Shown here one piece after another: positions 25,268-32,000 of a stretch of DNA of 32,000 nt. The position numbers and the translations under genes are program-made. The notes under the pieces were generated by a model. The model saw nothing but the letters and a program-made list of their open reading frames with translations. It was not told the DNA's origin and made no database searches. The DNA is from Pseudoalteromonas tetraodonis (lineage in GTDB: Bacteria; Pseudomonadota; Gammaproteobacteria; Enterobacterales; Alteromonadaceae): assembly GCF_002310835.1 (NCBI RefSeq), contig NZ_CP011042.1, positions 510,001 to 542,000 of the forward strand, given 5' to 3'. Within the stretch, counting starts at the first letter, position 1. Every line of letters begins with the position of its first letter.

Positions 25268-25335
25268 CTAAATAGAGGTAAACTCAACAAGGTATTGAGT
25301 TGAGTTTACTCAAAAGATGGCAGTTATAGTTGGTA

Positions 25336-26376
25336 TTATTGCTCTACACAATTATTTTTTGCTAATGGCGATGCCAATACGGTATCGGGGTGCCAAATTC
25401 TATCCCATATTTTAGGTAGGTTGTTTAAGTTGGGTCTTTGACTTATTTTTTCAAAATTACCGACACTGATTGCTGAGCCATCTTTCTGACCGACAACAAA
25501 ATTAAACACATAAGCACACTCCATGCCCATGCGTAAATCAGAGAGAATAACTTTGTCTTGCTGCTCGCGAACGGAATAAAACCCTTTTGTAAACCACTGC
25601 AAGCGTTTAACACCCCATTCATTTTTAATCTCGTTTAGTAAAGAAGGGGTTGTTTGGTATGCATTTAAGGTAACCTCGTTGGGTGTATCAAACACCGATG
25701 CATAGCCTTCATAATATTTCCCATCCGACATCACAACCACCCGCCAAAGTAAAGTAGTAAACGGTGCTGGAGTGCTAATGTATTCATTGACTGTGATGTC
25801 TCTGTTTTGTAGCGCAGTGTTGACTTTATCGTCAATAACAACTTTAAGAATAAGCGAACAACATAAATAGAGAGTACTTACTGTGAGCGTAATTGCGTTA
25901 ATTTTGTAGGCGGTTGGGGCGGTTATTTTTGGTATTAAAGTGCCTATAACCCCTACTAATAGCGGTAACGTGTAGAGGGGATCAATAATAAACATATTTG
26001 AAATTGCAAACGGATGCTCTGTAAGTGGCCACATTAATTGCGTACCGTACACAGTAAGTGCATCCAATAGTGCATGGGTTGATAAACACAAAAACACTAA
26101 CCAAAACCAACGTGTTTTATACGCTTGCATGCCAGTGTGTATTTTTAAAATTAGCCAAACAATCAAAGGGCTAATTAACAAGTGCACAAAAAATGAATGG
26201 CTAAAGCCACGGTGATAAGTAAATGCTTCAACACTGCCGCCATAGGGTAAAAACACATCTAAATCGGGTAAAGTGCCCAAAATAGCGCCCCATAACACCG
26301 CTTTGCGGCCCACTTTGTTACCTAATACTGCGTACCCTACGGCGCTACCTAACGCAACTTGTGTTAAAGAATCCAT
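25336..26376 (-). CDS. Membrane-bound metal-dependent hydrolase, YdjM/YbcI (DUF457) family with a C-terminal extension
   Basis: MDSLTQVALGSAVG...LPDLDVF...HRGFSHS is the DUF457 signature. Multiple TM segments are followed by a soluble C-terminal domain. Confidence 0.7.
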   Translation of the reverse strand: MDSLTQVALGSAVGYAVLGNKVGRKAVLWGAILGTLPDLDVFLPYGGSVEAFTYHRGFSHSFFVHLLISPLIVWLILKIHTGMQAYKTRWFWLVFLCLSTHALLDALTVYGTQLMWPLTEHPFAISNMFIIDPLYTLPLLVGVIGTLIPKITAPTAYKINAITLTVSTLYLCCSLILKVVIDDKVNTALQNRDITVNEYISTPAPFTTLLWRVVVMSDGKYYEGYASVFDTPNEVTLNAYQTTPSLLNEIKNEWGVKRLQWFTKGFYSVREQQDKVILSDLRMGMECAYVFNFVVGQKDGSAISVGNFEKISQRPNLNNLPKIWDRIWHPDTVLASPLAKNNCVEQ

Positions 26377-26489
26377 ACTACCTCATCTAAATAATGCAAC
26401 TGCAATGTTTATACTCAGCTTAATCTTAAAACCGTCAATAATGTAAATTATTTCATTAAGTTGCTCTTTAAACTCAATTTAAAAGTGAT

Positions 26490-27389
26490 TTATAAACTCA
26501 GTCGCGGTTGTATAAAATCTAAAAATGCAACGATACGGGAAGAAACCGCCTCATTTTTGTAATAAACGCCATAAATAGATTCTCGATTATTTGGGCTACT
26601 TACGCTGTGAGGTAAAACTTCTATTAATCGTTTTTTGGCTAAATCTTCTGCAATCATAAATTGTGAGAGAAGTGCTATGCCTTGATCAGCAATACATAAA
26701 TGCCTAATGGTTTCGCCGCTGCTAGCCCTTAAATCAAAGTGCAGCGATTGCTCATGCTTCAAGGGCCATTGATTAAGAGTATTGGGTTCACTGAAACCAA
26801 TTAGGTTATGGTTTTTAAGATCTGAAACTTGCTGTAACGGTGGCGCATTTTTTAAATAATCAGTGCTTGCGACCAATTTTAATTTACTTTGGCCTAATTT
26901 ACGCGCATGCAGGTTTGAATCTTTTAAGTCTCCAATGCGAATAGCTAAATCTGTTTTGCGCTCAAGTAAATCAATAATATTGTCGTGTGAGGTAATATCG
27001 AGCGTGATTTGCGGGTATTGCTTTTTAAACTCATTAACTAGTGGCGCTAGTTGATGCAAAACAAAAGGGCTTGCTGCATCTATACGCAAGTGCCCGCTAG
27101 GTGCTTGCTTTAGTAGCTTTATTGTTTCTTCCCCTAAGAGCAGCGTGTTTAAAGCCTTTCGCGCATATTCTATGTATATATGCCCTTCCTCGGTCAGTTC
27201 TAAGCGCCGAGTTGTTCTGTTTAGTAATGTGCAGTTTAGCCTGCTTTCAAGACGAGATAGTGCTCTTGAAACTTTAGCTACATTTAAATCAAGTAAACTA
27301 GCCGCACCGGAAAAACTGCCACAATCAACAATGGTAATAAACATTTCTAGATCTTCAGTTTTAGCTTGAACAGGCATAAATTCACTCAT
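26490..27389 (-). CDS. LysR-family transcriptional regulator
   Basis: N-terminal wHTH (FITIVDCGSFSGAASLLDLNVAKVSRALSRLESRL) plus a LysR substrate-binding domain. It is divergent from the MFS gene. Confidence 0.9.
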   Translation of the reverse strand: MSEFMPVQAKTEDLEMFITIVDCGSFSGAASLLDLNVAKVSRALSRLESRLNCTLLNRTTRRLELTEEGHIYIEYARKALNTLLLGEETIKLLKQAPSGHLRIDAASPFVLHQLAPLVNEFKKQYPQITLDITSHDNIIDLLERKTDLAIRIGDLKDSNLHARKLGQSKLKLVASTDYLKNAPPLQQVSDLKNHNLIGFSEPNTLNQWPLKHEQSLHFDLRASSGETIRHLCIADQGIALLSQFMIAEDLAKKRLIEVLPHSVSSPNNRESIYGVYYKNEAVSSRIVAFLDFIQPRLSL

Positions 27390-27397
27390 TTATATTT

Positions 27398-27421
27398 GCA
27401 AAATAAACAAAAGTATTTTGC
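27398..27421. promoter_or_regulatory. Inverted repeat in the LysR/MFS divergent intergenic region (candidate LysR operator)
   Basis: GCAAAATA-aacaaaag-TATTTTGC has perfect 8-bp arms. It is followed by the direct repeat gccatttat x2. Confidence 0.4.
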
Positions 27422-27492
27422 CATTTATGCCATTTATTGCAAAGGCATTTTTACTCACACTGTACATCTATTTTAAAAATGAGGATGTAACT

Positions 27493-28665
27493 ATGCCATT
27501 GGCTTTATGGGCGCTTACCTTAAGCGCATTTGCAATTGGAACAACAGAGTTTGTTATAGTGGGTTTAGTGCCAACTATTGCAAACGATTTAGGCGTGAGC
27601 TTACCATCAGCAGGCTTACTAGTGAGCTTATATGCGGTTGGTGTAGCTATTGGCGCACCGGTTCTCACTGCATTAACGGGTCGCTGGAGCCGAAAAGTGG
27701 TACTTATAAGTCTTATGGGCTTATTTGTTATGGGTAACTTATTAGCTTGGCAAGCCCCTAGCTACGAAACGTTAATAATAGCACGCATTTTAACTGGACT
27801 TGCTCACGGTGTATTTTTCTCTATTGGCTCAATGATAGCGACAAGCTTAGTAAGTAAAGATAAAGAGGCTAGCGCCATTGCAATTATGTTTACCGGCCTT
27901 ACGGTAGCGCTAGTAACGGGTGTGCCATTAGGTACTTGGATAGGGCAGCACTTTGGTTGGCGCGCTACATTTTTAGTGGTGTCATCACTTGGTATTATCG
28001 CTTTAATTGGAAGTGCTGTATTAGTACCTAAAAATTTAAAGCAATCAATACCGGCAACCTTTAAAGAGCAACTTCAAGTTGTTACTAAACCTAGATTACT
28101 GCTTGTGTATTTAATGACAATTTTAGGCTATGGCGGCACGTTTACTGCGTTTACTTACTTGGCCCCCATTTTAGAGCAGCAGACTGGATTTGCATCTTCA
28201 ACAATTGGCATAATTATGCTGGTATATGGTGTCTCAGTGGCTGTTGGTAATATATGGGGTGGAAAATTAGCTGACAAGCGAGGCCCGATCAGTGCGCTGA
28301 GCATTATTTTTAGTGCACTTACTGTAATTCTACTGATATTTACTTTTACCATGGAGTCAAAGGTTGCTGCCGTATTAACCATATTAGTTTGGGGGGCATT
28401 TGCATTTGGTAATGTACCTGGTTTGCAGCTTTATGTTGTTAAGCAAGCTCAGCAACATACTCCTAACGCAGTCGATGTTGCATCTGGATTAAATATAGCA
28501 GCATTTAACATTGGCATAGCATTGGGTTCTATTACGGGGGGCCTTGTAGTAGAGCACATGGAACTAAAAGATACCGCATGGATTGGCGCCGTTGTTTCAT
28601 TGCTGGCTTTAATAGTCACCCGGTACAGTGGCAGGCTAGATAAACAAAATGTTCAGGCTAAATAA
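27493..28665 (+). CDS. MFS transporter (12-TM, DHA1/sugar-efflux-like)
   Basis: GAGGA then ATG 27493. Typical MFS TM pattern and loop motif (LTGRWSRK). The track start at 27418 is a TTG inside the operator region. Confidence 0.8.
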   Translation: MPLALWALTLSAFAIGTTEFVIVGLVPTIANDLGVSLPSAGLLVSLYAVGVAIGAPVLTALTGRWSRKVVLISLMGLFVMGNLLAWQAPSYETLIIARILTGLAHGVFFSIGSMIATSLVSKDKEASAIAIMFTGLTVALVTGVPLGTWIGQHFGWRATFLVVSSLGIIALIGSAVLVPKNLKQSIPATFKEQLQVVTKPRLLLVYLMTILGYGGTFTAFTYLAPILEQQTGFASSTIGIIMLVYGVSVAVGNIWGGKLADKRGPISALSIIFSALTVILLIFTFTMESKVAAVLTILVWGAFAFGNVPGLQLYVVKQAQQHTPNAVDVASGLNIAAFNIGIALGSITGGLVVEHMELKDTAWIGAVVSLLALIVTRYSGRLDKQNVQAK

Positions 28666-28812
28666 AGCGAAACTTATGTAGGTTAGTCTTGAAATAAAAA
28701 TGAATGACCTCAGTATTTTCATGAGGTCGAAATTTTAAATCAAAAAGTAATCGGTGTATTTAGTAAACACGACGTTTGAATTTTAAACCAATTATTTAAT
28801 AAGGATAAAGCT

Positions 28813-29628
28813 ATGACACAACGTGTAATTGAAATGCCAGACTTAGGTATGGGTACTTTTCGTTTAGAAGGTAAAACTGCTTATGAATCTGTAAAAATGG
28901 CGTTAGAAGTAGGATTTCGTCATATTGATACCGCGCAAATTTATGGCAACGAAGAGCAAGTCGGCCAAGCCATTAAAGACAGTAATATTCCCAGAGATGA
29001 GTTATTTATTACTACCAAAGTATGGAACAATAAACTCAATAAAAACGACTTTATCGCAAGTGTAGAAAAGTCATTAGAAAAGCTGCAAGTTGACTCGGTT
29101 GATTTATTGCTAGTTCACTGGCCTGCACCATCAAACAATGAGCCTATGAGCGAATACCTGACTGAGCTACTAAAAGCTAAAAAGTTAGGGTTAACCAAAC
29201 ATATAGGTGTATCAAACTTCACTATTGCGAACTTAAAAGAAGCGATGCAAACGTTAGACTCGCGTGAAATATTTACTAACCAAGTAGAAGTGCACCCCTA
29301 TTTAACCAATACCAAACTGCGCGCCTTTTGTGCTCAACATGACATACATGTAACAGCCTATATGCCGTTTGTGGTTGGTAAAGTGTTAAACGATCAAACC
29401 ATTATAGATATTGCTAATAAACACGATGCAACGCCAGCGCAAGTGGTTATTGCATGGGAAAATGCGAACGGCATGACCACAATTCCATCATCGACCAAGC
29501 GTAAAAACTTAGAAGATAACTTTAACGACAAGGTAAAACTTGATGATGAAGATATAGCGCGAATTGATGGCCTTGATTGCAACGACCGCCAAGCAACGCC
29601 TGACTTTGCACCACAGTGGGATCAATAA
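28813..29628 (+). CDS. dkgB: Aldo-keto reductase, 2,5-diketo-D-gluconate reductase B-like
   Basis: GTFRL, HIDTAQIYGNE, LLVHWP, GVSNF and IPSSTKR motifs. Length 271 aa. Confidence 0.75.
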   Translation: MTQRVIEMPDLGMGTFRLEGKTAYESVKMALEVGFRHIDTAQIYGNEEQVGQAIKDSNIPRDELFITTKVWNNKLNKNDFIASVEKSLEKLQVDSVDLLLVHWPAPSNNEPMSEYLTELLKAKKLGLTKHIGVSNFTIANLKEAMQTLDSREIFTNQVEVHPYLTNTKLRAFCAQHDIHVTAYMPFVVGKVLNDQTIIDIANKHDATPAQVVIAWENANGMTTIPSSTKRKNLEDNFNDKVKLDDEDIARIDGLDCNDRQATPDFAPQWDQ

Positions 29629-29649
29629 CCAAAAAGCCAGAACTAAAAC

Positions 29650-29678
29650 AGGTGCAGTTGAGCTGCACCTTTATTTTT
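29650..29678 (+). terminator. Rho-independent terminator
   Basis: aggtgcag-ttgag-ctgcacct followed by ttattttt. Confidence 0.8.
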
Positions 29679-29694
29679 GAAACAAGGAACACCC

Positions 29695-29982
29695 ATGTTA
29701 ACGGTAATTGCTACACTATCGAGTGAAAATAGCGATGCAGAGCCCCTCTTAACCGAGCTCGAAAACTTACAACAGTCCTCGCGCCAAGAAGTAGGCTGCC
29801 TGCGTTACGAACTATCAGTTAAAAACGAGGCTGAGCAAACCACCTATTTAGTGAGTGAGCAATGGGCGTCTAATGAGCACTTTGAAGCCCATAAAAACGC
29901 GCCCCACTTTAAAGCGTTTGGTGATGCAGTCGGTACATTTATTACCTCTACTAATATTGATGTGTATAAAACCATTGGTTAG
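29695..29982 (+). CDS. ABM-domain (antibiotic biosynthesis monooxygenase / YgiN-like) protein
   Basis: 95 aa with a ferredoxin-like pattern (CLRYEL...EQWASNEHFEAHKNAPHFKAF). AAGGA lies 6 nt upstream of ATG 29695. The track start lies inside the upstream terminator. Confidence 0.7.
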   Translation: MLTVIATLSSENSDAEPLLTELENLQQSSRQEVGCLRYELSVKNEAEQTTYLVSEQWASNEHFEAHKNAPHFKAFGDAVGTFITSTNIDVYKTIG

Positions 29983-30006
29983 CAGCACAAAGCTAATGCC
30001 CAAGTA

Positions 30007-30034
30007 GGGGCTGTAACTTACAGCTCCCTTTTTT
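30007..30034 (+). terminator. Rho-independent terminator
   Basis: ggggctgtaa-c-ttacagctccc followed by tttttt. Confidence 0.7.
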
Positions 30035-30476
30035 AATATGATTTCCAAATACTCCCTACAAATATAAGCCATTCTATAAGTATAATGGTGCAACTCACTC
30101 AAATCCTCTGCGTGAAGAACTGTCGCCGGAAGAGTCGAAAGAGCGCTTGAAGTGTTTTTTTGAAGATATTGTTTCGATTACTGGAGATACCTAACAATCT
30201 GGTACTTACTTTAACTACAAAGAGCTTGCACTTTCATGTCTGTGATTTAAGTTTTGCAACGACATTTATTTAAAATTGAAACTAACCTTCTCAAGTTGCA
30301 AGAAATTAAATGTAGAGTTTAATAATAGTAAGTTTTGTAGAACAATTTCAGGATCTTTTTTAGGTTGGGATCATTTAATAAAGTTAATTTATCTCAGGTT
30401 ATTTATTTAACGTTTTTTTTTAAAATTAATTATGTTATAAAGTTTGTGATGGACTATTTTTTAACAAGGGATTGAT

Positions 30477-31061
30477 ATGTCAGAGTTTTTCAGTAATAAC
30501 TGGGTTGTGATCGCAATCGTCGTTGTTTTTGTTGTTATTTTTTATGCATGGTATGTATCAATTATTACTAAACGAAATGCGATGCAAGAGGCTTTTTCTG
30601 GTATAGATGTACAATTGAAAAAGCGAACAGAATTAATTCCTAATATTTTAGCTATCGCTAAAAAGTTTATGAGTCATGAAAAAGAGCTGCTTGAAGAGAT
30701 AACACGTTTACGCAGCAACATATTACAATCAAGTAGTAATAATGATACTGATGAGCGTTTTAAATTAGAGGGACAGTTGCAAAACTCACTATCGGGTTTA
30801 ATGGTTGCTGTGGAAAACTATCCAGAACTTAAGTCAGATAAAACTATGCTTGATGCACAACGTACCTATGCTGACATCGAAGAACATATTTCAGCGGCAA
30901 GACGCAACTTTAATAGTGCAAATCGAGTACTTAGAAATAGTATTCAGGTGTTTCCTGGGAATATTATTGCAAGCATAATAGGTGTTCGAACTGTTGCTTT
31001 CTTTGAGGTCTCAGAGTCTGAACGTCAACCAGTCATTGCCACAGACATATTAGATTCTTAA
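30477..31061 (+). CDS. lemA: LemA-family membrane protein
   Basis: N-terminal TM helix followed by the LemA core (RNAMQEAFSGIDVQLKKRTELIPN, ENYPELKSD, ARRNFNSA). Confidence 0.85.
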   Translation: MSEFFSNNWVVIAIVVVFVVIFYAWYVSIITKRNAMQEAFSGIDVQLKKRTELIPNILAIAKKFMSHEKELLEEITRLRSNILQSSSNNDTDERFKLEGQLQNSLSGLMVAVENYPELKSDKTMLDAQRTYADIEEHISAARRNFNSANRVLRNSIQVFPGNIIASIIGVRTVAFFEVSESERQPVIATDILDS

Positions 31062-31073
31062 TAAGGATTTGAT

Positions 31074-32000
31074 ATGTTGAATAAAATATCAGAATTCACT
31101 GATTATTTTGATGCTTTTAAACTACGCTTTGGGCGAAAAAATAAAGAGCTTAATAACGCTTATGCATCAGATGAGTTAAAAAATACATTTGAAAATGACA
31201 TTAAGCCTCAATTAAAGTCAATTGAGCTAAATCGTGAGTCATTGCATGCAAAATTTATTAAACGTAAGCGTCAGCTAAACTTTGTAATTTTGCCTATCGC
31301 GGCTTTGATTACTATTTTTGCTTTATTTGCAGGTGAAGACGGTAGTTTCTTGTATATAATTCCAGTATCTTTTTGTATCGGAACCGGATGGGCATACAAG
31401 CCAGCGCTTGATTATGTTCGTCATTATAAACTTAAAGTAATGCCAATCCTTGTGAAAATGTATGGCGACTTTACTTATTCACTTAAATCGAATTTACAAG
31501 CAAACGACATCAAAAATTTAGCTATTGCTCCTAATTTTGATTATCTAAAAACTGAAGACTGCGTAACAGGAAAGATAGACGACATTGGATTTGAATTTAC
31601 TGAGTTAACTCTTCATAAAAGAAGTAAAAATGGTAGTAATAGAGTATTTAAAGGGTGTTTAGTCTTACTTACAATGCCTTTTAATTTTAATTCACATACG
31701 CTTGTGAAACATGATCATGGCAAGGTATTAAACTGGCTCACTAAAGATAACAAAGCAACTGAGAAAGTCGCCCTAGAAAACGTCGACTTTGAAAATAAAT
31801 TTGAAGTTTATTCAAATGATCAGGTTTTAGCGCGTTATATTCTAACACCGGTTATGATGGAACAACTGCTGTCGTTATTATACGCCTTTGTTATGAAAGT
31901 TAATGCTACTCAACTTGAATGTGAATTTGTTGGCAATAAAGCCGTATTTTTTATTCGGCATACAGAAAACCTCTTAGAGCCAACTTGGATCGACCAGTCT
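31074..32000 (+). CDS. DUF3137-like membrane protein, 3' end outside the window; absent from the ORF track
   Basis: I translated from ATG 31074, and the frame stays open to the window edge (309 codons). It has a central TM pair (FVILPIAALITIFALF, YIIPVSFCIGTGW). The segment VDFENKFEVYSNDQVLARYILTP resembles the DUF3137 family that commonly follows lemA. Confidence 0.6.
   Translation, partial: MLNKISEFTDYFDAFKLRFGRKNKELNNAYASDELKNTFENDIKPQLKSIELNRESLHAKFIKRKRQLNFVILPIAALITIFALFAGEDGSFLYIIPVSFCIGTGWAYKPALDYVRHYKLKVMPILVKMYGDFTYSLKSNLQANDIKNLAIAPNFDYLKTEDCVTGKIDDIGFEFTELTLHKRSKNGSNRVFKGCLVLLTMPFNFNSHTLVKHDHGKVLNWLTKDNKATEKVALENVDFENKFEVYSNDQVLARYILTPVMMEQLLSLLYAFVMKVNATQLECEFVGNKAVFFIRHTENLLEPTWIDQS

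Noticed and set aside
25278-25309. Hairpin gtaaactcaac...gttgagtttac between the convergent GGDEF and YdjM-like genes, considered as a terminator
   Set aside because: The stem is real, but it is AT-rich and has no flanking T-run on either strand. It is plausible as a weak bidirectional terminator but not strong enough to list as a feature.
26400-26418. Possible LexA (SOS) box upstream of the YdjM-like gene, since E. coli ydjM is SOS-regulated
   Set aside because: The motif is CTG-N13-CAG. The LexA consensus needs CTG-N10-CAG, so the spacing is wrong.
130-29582. Antisense or internal ORFs in the track: 130-483, 1337-1711, 2863-3159, 5615-5845, 7661-7849, 8442-8627, 8733-8942, 8972-9193, 9194-9412, 12423-12626, 12945-13202, 13270-13497, 14955-15329, 16458-16640, 16480-16695, 16889-17116, 17483-17722, 19675-19893, 22099-22332, 25018-25224, 26863-27054, 27145-27369, 27468-27668, 27507-27737, 28155-28382 and 29394-29582
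   Set aside because: Each lies inside, or opposite, a much longer ORF with clear family signatures. They have low-complexity or odd composition and lack RBSs, so they are shadow ORFs.
30042-30194. ATG-less 51-codon open frame (…YKYNGATHSNPLREELSPEESKERLKCFFEDIVSITGDT*) in a locally GC-richer patch, possibly a gene remnant
   Set aside because: It has no start codon, no RBS and no family I can recognise. It overlaps an equally unsupported antisense ORF (29848-30102). It would need a tblastn search and cannot be called from sequence alone.
1-32000. Search for an integron integrase (intI) or any tyrosine recombinase or transposase flanking the array
   Set aside because: None of the listed ORFs, nor the unlisted frames I read near 5730-6050 and 12150-12360, shows recombinase motifs (R..H-x-x-R..Y). 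I therefore do not annotate an integrase.

Overview
This window looks like chromosomal DNA from an AT-rich marine gammaproteobacterium. Gene content and style suggest Alteromonadales or Pseudoalteromonas, but that is inference only. Core genes flank both sides. On the left are the tail of an RND efflux operon with its NodT-type outer-membrane lipoprotein, an MDR-family oxidoreductase and fadE. On the right are upp-uraA, a compatible-solute cluster, cytochrome b562, OsmC, the Zn-independent L31/L36 paralogs, a LysR/MFS pair, an aldo-keto reductase and an ABM monooxygenase. The main feature lies between fadE and upp, at about 6.05-12.26 kb. It is a run of about ten co-oriented single-gene modules. 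Each is followed by a 90-125 bp imperfect palindrome that starts (T)AACAA, usually sharing the TAA with the stop codon, and ends in a GCGTTAGG-type core. I read this as an integron-type gene-cassette array with attC sites. No integron integrase is visible anywhere in the 32 kb, so it is CALIN-like. Most cargo is small, uncharacterised, envelope-targeted proteins, plus a NodB deacetylase, a beta-lactamase-fold hydrolase, an HNH-like protein and one frameshifted lipoprotein gene. Other points worth a second look are listed here. (1) An RsbQ/D14-type alpha/beta hydrolase is tightly coupled to a PAS-GGDEF cyclase. (2) A three-gene glucosyl- or mannosyl-glycerate cluster contains a glycerate-kinase/phosphatase fusion and a GH13_18 phosphorylase. 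(3) An rpmJ2 gene is missing from the ORF track, and its operon has a Zur-box-like operator. (4) An E. coli-like T-tract leader precedes upp. (5) A LemA-DUF3137 pair follows a very AT-rich spacer and runs off the right edge. All coordinates for attC sites, operators and terminators are by-eye calls and are approximate.
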